32,000 bases of DNA from Zygophlyctis sp. KS116 (GCA_054661495.1 BAAFSQ010000053.1:19978-51977); one strand, 5' to 3'; counted from the stretch's first letter, positions 10,301 to 23,468 are shown. Program-made: numbers and translations. The notes: generated by a model not told the origin, from the sequence alone.

Positions 10301-12697
10301 GCAAAAGAGATGATCCCATGTACAGAATTGACGTCCCTAGACATGCTTTTCGAGTTTCATCATCATTCACCAGAACCCATTTAATCAGCAAACAATTTAA
10401 ATAATTCATTTGTTTCCTATCTGACTTCATGAACGAAAAATACGTCTTTAAAAGGTTCAACTGACGCAGTACAATATTTTTAAAATCTTTTGGGTATTGC
10501 TGCATTTCTATGAGCCATTTATGAGATATTCGAAGGATTTGAATCATCAGATTTTGAAATAGGCCTTTAAAAATAGAAATTTTTTCATCCAGATCAGACC
10601 TGGTACTTTTAAATATAGGAGCAAATAAGGCTGAGACCGCATCTACAATTCTATTTATGACCTGTAATTTTGGCTGCATATTTTCAGAAATTGAAATAAA
10701 AACTGATAAAAATTGTTCTGTGGTGTCTATAAATCCTTTTGAATCTTTCTTCATCAAGCTTTCTAGAAATTCATTTAAATTAAAGTTATCTGTCGACCCA
10801 GTAATAATTCGAATCAATTCATCATAGATGCCGTTAGAATCTAAAAACAGCAAAAACAGTATACGAGTTTGTAAAGTTCTTATAAATGCAGAGCGAAAAG
10901 ATCTTTCACTTCTTCCGATTTCTCTGATCATATTTACAATCAGCGATTGAATATGAGTATTTAAAGAGTCTAATTCTTGTGTTGTCTTTATCAATGATAA
11001 ATAACAAATTTCAGAAAAAGATTTTATCGCCAATACTTTATAAGCCCTATTTATACCATCTTGTGAAACTTTAATGTACAGTTGAGTCGCATCTTTTGAT
11101 AATTGGTTTATGTTTTCCAATTTAGGATTGTAAATACTATTTACTAAAACTTTAAGATCTCCAGCCTTTATAAGAAAACATGCTTCTATTGCTTGTAAAA
11201 TACTAGGATTAACTTTTGGGTCCTGTAAAAAGAAGACACAAAAATCTGTAGAATTTGAAAAATCCTTTTTAAAAAGTTCAGAGAGAAGAGAATTTAAATA
11301 ATCTTGAAAAGTGCAAGTCCAGCTAAATGACAGATTTCTTAGAAATCCTAAATATTTTACTTGTTCTGGAAACTCCTTTAGCCATCTCGGAACCCAATCC
11401 AATAATATTTTCTTATAAGAAAGAGAAGAATCCATTTTACACGTAGAATCCAAAATCTTTAAAATTTCCTTGAATTTCTCTACAGTCCCGACCTTTGCTT
11501 GAATATTCAAATTTGTATAAATCCTTAGATACTGATAAAAATTTGTATATTTTTCCTGAAACCTTTTTCTTACAATCTCTAAAAAGTCTGGAAAATCCCC
11601 AAGCATCCTAACAACCACTATCAGTTAGTTTTACATTATCGGACAAGACCATGAACAGGCTCTACTACGTTTTCTAGGAAACCTAACTCTACAATGACCG
11701 ACCACTAACGCTAAAAATCTAGAAACCTAACGCTAGGAGTCCAAAAGCCTACCTCTAAAAATCTAGAAACCTAACTCTAGAAATCTAGAAACCTAACGCT
11801 AGGAGTCCAAAAGCCTAACGCTAGGATCCTAGAAACCTAACGCTAGAAATCTAGAAACCTTAAAAGAAACTCCTAAAAGCAGCCCCTAAAACCAAATCCT
11901 AAAAGAAAGATAGAAAGAGCCTGCCGAGTCTCTTAAGAAAAACAATAAACCCACCTTTTTCATCCATTTTCTCTATTAAATCTCCCATCATCTCCAACAT
12001 TTCCTTTATATCCACAAACTTGTCCCATTCCGTCTCTTCCCCCCTTAAAATCCTAATAAATACTTCAAAAGTAGAGACTTGATAATCAGACTCTAAAACC
12101 CTAGATTTCTTGTTTAGAATTTCTATAGCCCATTTACTACATATAGATTCACGACTACACCTTAGCATTAAAATTCCAGGTAATATTTTATCTGCTAATT
12201 TTAGAGCAGGAAGTTTTCTAGAAATCAATTCCAAAAGTTGACAAATCAAATTCAAAAGTTGCATAATCCCTGATGGATCTGATAAAATTTCAAATAAAAC
12301 CAATAAAATCCTATTTCTTACAAGAGAAACATCTGCTTCTTGTAAAATTCTTTTATAAGTTGATTTTAAATTACATTATTAAACTCTTTTGAAGCCTAGA
12401 GACATCCAATTCCTTGCATTTTACAGTTTTACATTCTTTAGAGATTTTTAAATAACTTAGCACACATTCAAAACAGTTTGTCAGATTTTCCTGTATTTCT
12501 GTAGAGCCCTGAATATACTCTTGCAGTCCTAGAGCAGGATCTGAATGAAGACGATGCATTATAGAACTTGTAAACAGTGCCCCAATTGCACACACTATAT
12601 AAAAAGTGTATAATATTAGAATTTTAAGTAGTAATAAAACTGTTTTACAATTCCAAGTGTTGATTTCACTCTGTAAGACTCAAAAGTATCCAGCCAT
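7330..12697 (-). CDS. SEN1: Sen1/senataxin SF1 helicase with Sen1 N-terminal domain
   Basis: IQGPPGTGKT, CAPSNAAVDE, IIDEACQ, VGDPNQLPPT, QYRMHPEI, TVDGFQGQEKD and NVALTRAK motifs. Introns 12374-12350, 11954-11618 (long; donor uncertain), 9466-9435, 8718-8688, 8297-8271, 8171-8138, 8033-8007, 7534-7507. 5' end uncertain. Confidence 0.9.
11665..11864. repeat. 22-nt tandem repeat array inside the long SEN1 intron
   Basis: Units start at 11711, 11733, 11755, 11777, 11799, 11821 and 11843 (A=CTAGAAATCTAGAAACCTAACG, B=CTAGGAGTCCAAAAGCCTAACG; order ABAABAA). Diverged units at 11665 and 11689. Confidence 0.92.
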
Positions 12698-12754
12698 TGC
12701 AATTACTCGGGTAAATTTACAAAAATATGATAATATCAGAAAATATATTGAAGA

Positions 12755-13126
12755 CTACTCGTTACTACGACAACAAATGTAATCATTAAACTGTTTTTCG
12801 CATTTTCCTTGCAGGCATGAGGCCATGTTTGCAGAATTTCTGCATGAATTTTTGTAAACATTTTCGCAGGTTTGTTTGATAGATTCAAGTCGATTGGCAT
12901 TATTGTTACTAGGACAGAGATGTTCAGTACATTTGTTCTCACATATCGGTACATATTTGTTAAAACAATCAATGACATTAAGATCTTCAGTACAGTCCTT
13001 GTTTTGTCCACATTGATTTACTGAATCCGAGCAGTAATAAGCCATGCAATCGGATAGTTTTTCCCGAGAAATACAATTTACCATGACTGCAGATGATAGA
13101 AGGAGTAAAGCTTTTGGAAAGATCAT
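12755..13126 (-). CDS. Small secreted cysteine-rich protein
   Basis: Signal-peptide-like MIFPKALLLLSSAVMVNC; 15 Cys in 123 aa; repeated C-x4-C spacing; intronless. Confidence 0.75.
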   Translation of the reverse strand: MIFPKALLLLSSAVMVNCISREKLSDCMAYYCSDSVNQCGQNKDCTEDLNVIDCFNKYVPICENKCTEHLCPSNNNANRLESIKQTCENVYKNSCRNSANMASCLQGKCEKQFNDYICCRSNE

Positions 13127-13520
13127 TTTATTTTTAGTTAAAAATGTTGCCGTTAGTTATAGTAGCTAGTACATGCCGCCGCATGCCGTATCCATTATGC
13201 GGCCAATCATAGTTAACATTTGGATCCTTGTAAACATGATTTTTTAATAATGAGTTTGGATATGTAGGAGTTTTAGAGTTTTCAGTACAAATGTTCGAAA
13301 AGGCTTCTATATTCAGGTTTTTTTAGGATCAATCACAAAACATCATATTAAGTAGCCAAAGTTGACTTTTCTTCTTTCAAAAGCTTATAAAACGATAGTG
13401 ATCTAACATTTATTTTATAATAATGTTTGGGATATGATGTATTCTGTCTGAAGATTGTGATTACGTAATCAGCAAAGGGCGCGTCCAAAAAGACTGAAAG
13501 AAATCTTAATCTTTTGGATA

Positions 13521-16500
13521 ATGTCTGATTTAACGGCATCTGAGCCTGTGCTTCGATACAAGGCTCTATTGAAATATCTTTTAGAGACTAGAATAGATCT
13601 GGAAGAACAAGAAGGAATAGATATTATTTCTCTGTTGAGAGATTCAAATAAGAAAATTAGATTTGCTGCAGGAAATGTATTATCTAAATATTCTACAAAT
13701 TTAAAACAAAATCTTTTAAATCTTGCTATTTCTGGAATTCTAAAATCTACAATTACAGTTTACTCGAATATAGAAACTTTTAAAGATTTTGATAAATTCA
13801 CGGCAAGAGTGGTTTTGGAAAGTAGGATTCAGGCTATATACAATTTAAAAGGATTTATAAAACATATTGATTCTAATCAAAAGATTTGCGAATATTTAAA
13901 TTTTATACTCAAAAATATTCTAGAGTCGGGGAATGTACTCCTGATAAGAGCAGCAATTGAATTTATTACAGTTTTGCCAAGGACTCAAAGAAATATAGTT
14001 AGGGTCTTTACTCTGTTTTACCCTAGAATCATAAAATTAGAAGGCTCTCATGAACAATTGCTACAAGTAATTGATACATTTAGGTCAGTTTGGGAACATT
14101 ATCAATTTAAAAATGAAATATGCATCAAAGATATTAAAATACGTATTTTAAAGGGGATTGGCGGCATAAGGAATTTTACGAGGGAATTACCGATTTCAGA
14201 ATCTGGGATTTCTGAAACTATTGAATTTTGGCCAAAGTTTGAAAGCCAGGCCAAAGAAGAAAAATGTATTGCAAGCCAGAAAGGATTTTTGAAGTTTGGT
14301 CCAGATTTAGGTCTAGTGCTAGCCAGTTTTCCATTTCAAGAAACCGTATACATAAAGAATACTTCAATTGATAAGGAGATCAGTTTCGGTCTGCAAGTAT
14401 TTCCGGTAGATTTTTTTACTGTTTCTCCAGCATTTGGAAATTTAAAAGGAGGAGAAAGTATGGGAATAAAGGTCAAATTTAGGCCAAATCCGATCAATAA
14501 TCATTTATTGCAAGTTATTTACGGTTTTATAAGGATAAAAAGTATGGGATTGGCTATGGATAGGTATGATTTTAGTAAATGTTAAAATATAGGCTAGAAA
14601 TAGCTGGTTATAATCTCCCTCATGTTAAAATTGCACCAGATAACTTGGATTTTGATATCGTTCAGATATTTGAAACAAAATCAGGTTGTATATCTATTGA
14701 AAATTTACTTCCTGTGGATATTTCTGCTGTAACGGTTTTAAAAAGATTAGAAAAGGATAGCCCTTTCAATCTGGAAAGCTCTCAAGTCTCTCTTAAAGCT
14801 TCAAGCAGGACCAATATTCCTGTACATTTTCACCCTAGAAAAGGAAAAGGAATTATCAAGGAACAGCTTATTATTTGTATTTTGGGAGTTATTTACAGAG
14901 TTGAATTAGTTGGTTTTGTAGGAGAACCTTTGGCAGTAATGAACCGCAAGCTGGATTTTGGATTCACTCATATTAGCTCTGAAAAACCGTGTAAAAAACT
15001 TTACTTAATGAATGAATCAAAAAAAAGTCTCCCTGTGGCTCTTGTAAGCTCCACCAATGAAATTTCTATTAACGATGGAAAACCAATAATTCTGGAACCT
15101 CTAGAACAACGAGCAATCCCGGTGGAATTTAGTGCAAATTTAACGGGAACTCGAAAAGAGCACATTCAAGTTTTGGCTCCTTACTCTTCATTGTCAATTG
15201 TAGACGTTTTCTCTTTTGTTGGGCAAAGCTTACTTATACCTATTCAGGAAGACATTTTTTTTCCTGTAGTAATGGTTGATGGGATGTCTAGTGCTCAATT
15301 TCCAATCACAAATGTGTATTCTACCTCCATTCAGTTTAGTCTGATGTTGCCCATGTTTTCGCCCTTTAAGATAATGTCGGTTGAATGGGAACGGTACAAT
15401 AATAAATCCACTTCTACGGGAATTCTGGCAGATGTAAAGCCGTTTGATGCAGGAGGAAAGAATGGATATTTGATTACGTTAGGTACTAATGTCACGGCAG
15501 TTGTAGAACTTTCGTTTTCTCCTAGCTTATCAAGAATGGTTAGAACTCCGCTTGAAATTTCAGCAGTGAAGCCTACTAAAAGCTACTCTAGGACATTGTT
15601 TTTAAATGCAATCGCATTGGATTTAAGTTTTTTTCGTCAGGAAGGACTGCATTTATCTCAAGTTAGAAAGTTCTCTAGGAACCCATTTAGGGAATCTGTT
15701 ACATCAACATTCTCTAAATCGCCCATGACCGAAATGAAACGGCTACGGAATTCTTCAAAGATTTTTCAATTAGATCCCCCGACTCAAATTGTTTTTGGGA
15801 CTCATTTGGAAAAAAAATTGCGGACTGACATATATGAATATGTAACTCTTACAAATACTACCAACCGCACACAAAATTTTCAATTGATTGTATCGCAACA
15901 TTTTGTTGTGGACATTCCCTTAGAAGGAGAACTTCCAAGTTTATCGAGCTTGCAAATCCCAATTAGACTGAACAGATATTTTTTCACAAATGGTGTTGGA
16001 ATCACTGAAGAAACGGCTTCATTCACAGGGGCTGGTTCAATTACTGTCCTGGATTTTCATACATCAAATCCAGGTACAGCTTCAGTTAATTTATACGGAA
16101 TCATGAATGACTTGGTGGATATCGAACTGAGACCTGACATGACCCTTTTGACTTTCCCCAACTGTGCGCCTTCGCAATCTCTTACAAGATCAATTCATCT
16201 TAGAAATTGTGTGCCTATGGCCGTAGTGTGGGAGGCAGGTATTGGTTCGGTTGATGATAAAATGATGCAGAGCAGAATCGACAGTTCAACCTTTAAGCTT
16301 TCATCTAATCGTGTAATGTTGAAGCCCTACGAATATGCGACAATTGATATATCCTTTGGTTCGACATTACCAGGATTTTACCAGGCGAAACTATTTATGG
16401 AATATAGAGATTTCATCGAACATGGTGGTATATTTGATAGATCAATAATTGAACCGTCGCGAAGCTTGAAAGGTGTTGATATGTCTGGTCTGGTAGGAAA

Positions 16501-19500
16501 TCATTTTTTGGATATTGATTCGACATTTATAGATTTTGGCCGTGTGTCTTTTGATTCTGTCACTCATAAACAAATTCAGTTGACGAATCTGTCTCATGAA
16601 AGCACAAGTCTTATAGTTAATCAATCAAGCTCATTTACGTACTTTCTTAATGATATAAAGCTGAAGCCAAGCTCGAACGCATTTCTGGATGTATCATTTC
16701 AAGCTGCCAGCAAACAATTCTGTTCTGATTATTTGTTAACCGTATACCCCTTTTCGTTTTCATCAATTTATTGCTTTGCCTGGAGTGGAACAGTTTCATT
16801 ATCATCAAATTTGGGCATATTTCACGAATCAAAAGGCAATGATGCTTATGTATTAAAAGCGAAACAAATAAATGTTGGATTAGAACAGAGAAAAATTGTG
16901 CCCATAACATTAAAAAATGATGGGTCTTTTGATATTATCATTTCAGAAATTAATCTTGAAGGAGAACCGGTAGTTTGTGAATATCAGCTTGAAGATGATA
17001 TCTTGAGTCGATTTTATCGGCCTTTATCTGAAAAACTTGATGAAAATTCTGCTCTGTTTGATGGTGACGAATTTGAATATCTATCAAGCCATCCTAAATC
17101 AGTCAAATCTGCGTCTCTGTTCTCTTTAAAGAAACGGACTCAGTCTAAGGATGTATTAAAAATTAGCAAGAGTATCAACCGGCTTAATTCCAAATCTACC
17201 AACATAAAATCTAAATTAGAAACATACATATTTCCAATTCTTTTATTGCCAGGAAAAACCTTAGATCTACATATCATCATCAATTCGAATATAAAGGTAT
17301 GAATTGAAATGATAAAATTAAGGGCAATATACAAAATTCTCTTCAATTCATTGTGGAAACGTTTGGTCAATTGAAGAAAAATTATTCAATTCAATTACCT
17401 TTGATGGTACAGCCTCTGTTATCAATAGAGCCAGATATTTTAGATTTTGGGGTATGCTCCAATCATAGAAATCATGTAAGTTACATTATGCCAATATTGA
17501 AAGGTTTCTACTGTGACATTTACAAACAAAGGAGACATTCCATTGAATTGGGAAGCGCAATTCTTAAATACTTTATTGAAATGTATGATTGAAAAGGACA
17601 AGCAAGACATTGTAAACAATTCAGCACCACTAGAAATTTTCCCATTGAGTGGGCTACTTCTACCAGATCATTCTCAAAAATTACAAATCAAGTTTGCTCC
17701 AGTATATAAAAACTATGAATTCATTAGTCTGCTCAATATTTGTACAGAGTCTTTTGGATCTTCAAAACTTATGGTGAAAGGAGTTGGGGCGTGTAGTATT
17801 ATTACTATTGACAAAGAATCTCTAAAGTTTGGAGCACTTAGAATTGGAACAAAAAGTTCGATGAAAGTTACTGTCAAAAACAGGGGTAATCTATCTGCTA
17901 GATTTCATCTAGAAAGCTCCAGTGTCAGTTTTTCTACGGATCCTGAGGTTTTTGTTATCGAAGGGATGTGCGAAGTTGTTCTATCGATTATTTTCTGCCC
18001 AAAAGATATTGGAAATATAAAAACTACTCTTTTAATTGTGCCATCAAATCTAAAAGAAAATCAAACGCTTACACTAAAGCTAGAAGGGACTGGAAGCTAT
18101 CCAGACGTTACTGTTCTAACTCGAAAAGTTGATTTTGGAGTTGCTCTGTACATGAACAGAAATATTATGCCCATCGAGATAGAAAATAAAGGTGCCGCAG
18201 AAGCTGAAATTTCTTTCATTTGCAATCACCAAGGTATTCAGCTGGAAAATCATGATCAAAGTGCTGTGATAAAGCCACTGACAACGCAAATATTTAATTT
18301 GGTTTATACTCCACAAATTGTAGAAACATTAGATTCTAAAATTTTTATTCGATCAACTGATAGTCGCAGTTTTGAATTTGTGGTTTTTATAAAGGGGAAA
18401 GTTGGAGTACCTAAGCTGGTTTTTGAACCGCCAGAAGTCGTCGCGGGATTGAATTTCGACACTACTTTTCTATTTAAAACAGCTCAACGAGATTTTATTA
18501 TTAGGAATGATGGAAACATTGTTCTTAACTTTAAGATCACGGCGGAAAAAATGAAGGAAAATGTTCTAATGGGGAACTTGAATGAACAGAATGGACTTTC
18601 TTCGTTGATGCCGAATGACATATTTAGTATTGAGCCTGAATCAGGATTAATCCAAGTTGGTCAAAGTAAGGTTATTGTTGTTAAATTTACTCCATCACGC
18701 GTAATGGAATATCATTATGATCTGATACTATCATATGACTATCAAACAAAAAGAGTTCCTTTATTCGGGAATGGTGGGCAATATCTTTTGCAAATGGATA
18801 ATCAACTAAGATCTATTGATTTTGGTCTTTGCAGAATTAACAGATTTTTCCAAAAAGTTCTCAAACTTAAAAATTTAGGGAATCTTGGGTTCAGATACTT
18901 TGTCAGGCCCGAACCGCGTAATCACAACTGGGAAGAATATAGAGATGATGTTTTAAGTCTGATCAATAATGCGGATATAAATAGTATAGGATCTCTTAAT
19001 TTAGGCTGGGAAGCACAGATTGCTGCTCTTGGATATAAAATATCCAATTATCAGGGCTTCTGCCCCCCAGGCGAATTTGCAGACGTCATAATAAGTTTTT
19101 CGCCCTTATCTGAGGCTGCAAGTGGTATGGTTCTACGGATATTCTATGAAGACAAGTTCTTAGATATTGAAATCCAAGGTCAGGGTGCACATCCTAAATT
19201 ATCTGTTTATGATCCGCTGACTCTTCAGTACATTCGCCCAGACGGAAAATCAACCATAGATATCGGAGTACATCCTGTTGATTCATGTTATGGTCATATT
19301 GTTCAGCTGATAAACGAGGGTGCTTTTGGACTTGATTTTTACGTCCAGCCTATGACTTTAGCTGAATTTGATGTAGGCCCGGTTCGTGGATACATTGAAC
19401 CGCAAGATTCAATACCCCTTACTATCAAATTCAGAGCATCTGCCGAAAATAATTTCCATTCTCCTCTTAAAATATTTTGGGAAAAAAAGTCAATCAAGGC

Positions 19501-22500
19501 AAATATTGTTGGGAAAGGAGGCCTTGGAAAAATGCAACTGACTTTTAACGGAAACGATTCCCTCGAAAAAGGCTTCAATTTCGGAAATCTTCCTTTAGGT
19601 TCTTCAAACCAAAAGAAATTCGCCATCAATAATGTAGGAATGGTGTCAATGAGTGTTATAATTGATGTAGTGCATGATGAATTTGCTATTGCTATCGGCT
19701 CAGATTCACTTTCTATATCACAAGCTAGTAGTTTTCTTTATTCTGGATTAATTCCTAATTCTGATCGCTTAAAGTGGGGCTCTGCTATTCGGTTATTGCT
19801 AGAACCCAACACGGGAATAGTTATTGTTGTCAAGTTTTCCGCAAAATCAACTACATTAGCTTCTGCAAATTTAGTCGTTAAAACAGAATTTGATAGACTT
19901 AGCATGCCTGTGGTCGGTCATGGTGGTACAATCGTTCTGTCACATAGGGGTGATTTGAATTTCGGTGAAATAGCTTGCAATTACACTTATTCTCGGAATA
20001 TTGTCTTGGTAAATTCTGGATCTATATCTGCAAATATGTCGGCCAGATTTGCCCTTTCAGGCCATCCGTGTACTGAAAACGATCCTGCATTTGTAAAGTT
20101 TTCTGAAGTCTATACCGGATTAGATCCCCGCGCAGGCTGGGCGAAACAACAATTTTGCCGAGAGAAAGATCTTGACCCGTCCAAAGCAAAGCTGGCTCCT
20201 AGAGAAAACTGGAAGCTAGTAGCATTTTTAATCTTGAAGCATTTAGTGAAGGAAGATGTGATTTCAGATTCAAGCAAAAGTAAGTTAGTAATCGGTCGAA
20301 GGTCAAGTATCGTCGGTATTATGAGCAATTCACATGCGAGAATTTCAGCTTCGGGACTAAAGAAAATCCCCAACGTGAATGCTTCTACTCACTTTAAAAG
20401 AAAGCAAATGTTTTACCATTTAATCACAACCACCCAGCTGACAAGTCAATCTACTTGCAGGGTGAAACCTTTTATGAAAGCACATCCAAGTTTCACATCA
20501 TTACCTAATTATGGGGAGATCGAATATAGCGTCGAGGTCAATGTTGCAAATGAAACCCCTATTATTGGAACTCTAACGTTGACCTCAGATATTCCCAACA
20601 CATCCCCTTACGAAATATCTATTTCATTACAGCCTAAATCTGTTAATATTATTTGCAATGACTCTAGGATGCTGAATTTTTATCGCCAGCCACTAGGAGG
20701 CTCTGAAACCATCGTCAGAACTTTTTCAAACGTAGGTAAAAAGGAAATAACCTTTAAATTTCTGAATCCTAATTCTTCCTTAGTAATCAGTCCTCCTAAA
20801 GGGGCTCTTAAAATTGGGCAATCAATAACTGTAACTTTCACATTCACCCCAACTGATGAAGGAATTCAAAATTCGGATGTTATTTTTGAACCTGATTGCT
20901 CCCAGCCAATTAAATTAAAAATGTATGGAGGTGGAGGGCAGGCGATCGCTTCTCTATACCGATATAGGCGATTTGATTTCGGCCATTGCATGATTGGGAA
21001 GGAAACAATCTCATATTTGCCTGTGTTAAATGAAGGAAATGCGGTCCTACATCTTACAAAATTCGAGCTTGTTGAAACTGCCACATTCTTTAAAGGCCCA
21101 GATTGGCCATTGTCAAGAATCAGCTTATTCCCAGGGAAAAGTTTTAATCTGCCGATTGTTTTCAATCCTTCAGAGGAATCAGTTTCCCCAGGCAGGCTTG
21201 TCGTTGGAACCAATTCAGAATCTTTTGAAATAGAGCTGACTGGCTCCGGCAGGGAGGCTGTTCTGATTGTATCAAAAGTAGCCCTTGAGTTTTCTGAATG
21301 CTTAATTGGAAATTCTTACGAGCAAAAATTAGGACTTAAAAACATTGGAGATGTTAACTATCCTGTAACTTTCAAGCTAGAAAAGGAATTTCCTGATGTC
21401 GAATTTGTACCTTCATCGATGTTAATTACTCCTTTTACTGAAAACTTTGTCATAGTATCTTATACCCCATCTCGAGAAACAAAAACCACAATTGTTTTGA
21501 CTATTCAATCTCCATACAGCACACATAAGGTTCCGCTTTTGCTTCACGCGGGAACAGCGATTTTAGAGTTTGAATCATCAGTTTTAGATTTTGGTCTATT
21601 TGAAAAGACAACAAAACCCATCCTCAATTTGGTCTTTAAAAATACTGGGACTGTCAGAACTTCTTATCTGGTCAAAGATCCTAACAAGCCTTCAATGTTT
21701 TTTATATCTCAGCCCAAGGGAATTTTACCTCCTGGTAAGTCGGTAGAAGTTCCAATTATGCACGTTCGACATGAAATTGAAGAGTTCGAACATAAACTTA
21801 TCATCAAGTCCGACTTGGTCAATAAAATTTATAATATCAAAGCTAGGGGACAATGTGAAGAGACAATAATTCATCATGGAGAATTTTCAACACTAAATCT
21901 AGGGACATGCCCGGTTTTGGAATCAAGCTCAAAACCGCTTTCCTTCAAGAATTATGGTAGATTTCCTTTATCCTACAATATCAAGGCCAGTTATCCATTA
22001 AAAGTGGTACCTGCCATCGGGAAAGTTGAAGCAGATCAAACTGAAACTGTTTTGGTAACTTGGAGCCCGTCCGGTGCTTACGAATTACGTAGTCAAATTG
22101 TGATGGATACCAACATTGGAAGCTTTAACATTAATATAAGAGGAAAAGCAATATTCGCAGACCTTTCTGTGGACAATATGTATATCGATTTTGGAATATG
22201 TGCAGTTGATCACGTCTATCAAAGAAAAATAGTTGTCGAAAACCACGGGAAGGTGATTTCGAAATTTTCTATACCTGATTCAAGGGATCCATCTTTCTGG
22301 GTTTCAAAGAAAACTGGGATCCTTGAACCCAAGCAAAAGGCTGAAATCGATATATTTTTCAAACCGAACGCTATCCAAAGATTTCTTAGTAGCATAATGG
22401 TGGAATGTAAGGGGATACATTACAAGGAAATAGCAACGATAGGAGTTGGCGGTGTACATAAGCTAGAAATCATCCCCTCCTCTATTGATTTAGGTAAATA

Positions 22501-23468
22501 ATTTATATTTAATCAGAAAGGCCGTTTTCCTTTTAATCTTCAGTCGACGGTAACTTTTGCATTAAAGAATTCCGGAGATGTGCTAGTTGAAGCAGAATTC
22601 AACGGCCCTAAATCTTTGGACCAAAATTGTATCTTCTTTTTACCAGAGCCTGTGTCTATTCCACCAGGTAGAACCATCAAATGTAGCTTTGGAATTAAAT
22701 CACAAATTGTTGGACCTTTTACCTCTGAAATAGGGATTCAAACAATAGAAGGATTATATATCGTCCCAATCAAGGGACTTGTTGTCCAGATTCATCTGAC
22801 TGAAAGAAATCGTGAGATTTTGAAATCTGAAAAAATCGCAACGGTAAGATATTCGATATTTAATTCTAGACACAAGCATTAGAAACAGGAAGACTGATAT
22901 ATAAAATGGACGAATTAGATCTAATATTAAAACGATATTCAAAATCCTTTAAAAATGACATGGAAATTGCAAACAAATTTGGTGAATTATATGCAAAAGT
23001 AGGAGTTGGTAGCGAAATGTCTCTTGAGAATTTAAAGACTGAAACACTCACTAAAGAAATTTTGGAATCTCTCGAGAATCCCTCACTACAAATTTTAGAT
23101 TCTCTATTTGATAGATTTATTCAAGAAAAGCAATCAAATTACCAAGGATACACCATTATACAAGATAACCACATTCAAGAAATATTAGAATATGGTCACT
23201 TGGAGGTATTTTAAAAATTATTTAAAATTCTTTAGATCCAACCTGTCTCATACCAAGTTATTACCTCTTTTGTAGAACCAAAACTTGACCTGGATTTTAA
23301 CATAGTTCTAGACCGCCCCTCTCCCTTTTTGGGCCCAGAAAAGGTAAATAACTTGTAACCTGACGTCAGAAGACTCAAAAAGACAAAAAGTCTGATAATT
23401 TTTCAAAGCATCTACCCCTCTTAAGACAATCAAGGAATGCCAAAACTGTAGATTTCTTTAAAACTTAA
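13521..23468 (+). CDS. Giant (~3250 aa) protein: N-terminal HEAT-like region plus many ASH/PapD Ig-like repeats (Hydin/CFAP47/CFAP65-like, probably flagellar)
   Basis: Recurrent [LI]DFG.C....L.N.G and P..G.L.P motifs. Eight exons join in frame via introns 14564-14592, 17297-17322, 17476-17503, 22494-22520, 22844-22869, 23206-23235, 23344-23369 (9756 nt CDS). 5' end not certain. Confidence 0.82.

Noticed and set aside
11665-11864. CRISPR array or true telomere
   Set aside because: Units are contiguous with no unique spacers, there are no cas genes, the context is a eukaryotic intron, and it is not a pure TTAGGG tract.
11618-11954. Intronic snoRNA, snRNA or telomerase RNA
   Set aside because: I found no convincing C/D or H/ACA boxes, U5 loop or template on the sense strand. 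An Infernal/Rfam scan would be decisive.
13250-13520. Extra 5' exons for the giant ASH gene
   Set aside because: Intron-like GT..AG segments exist, but no combination I tried gave an open in-frame join.
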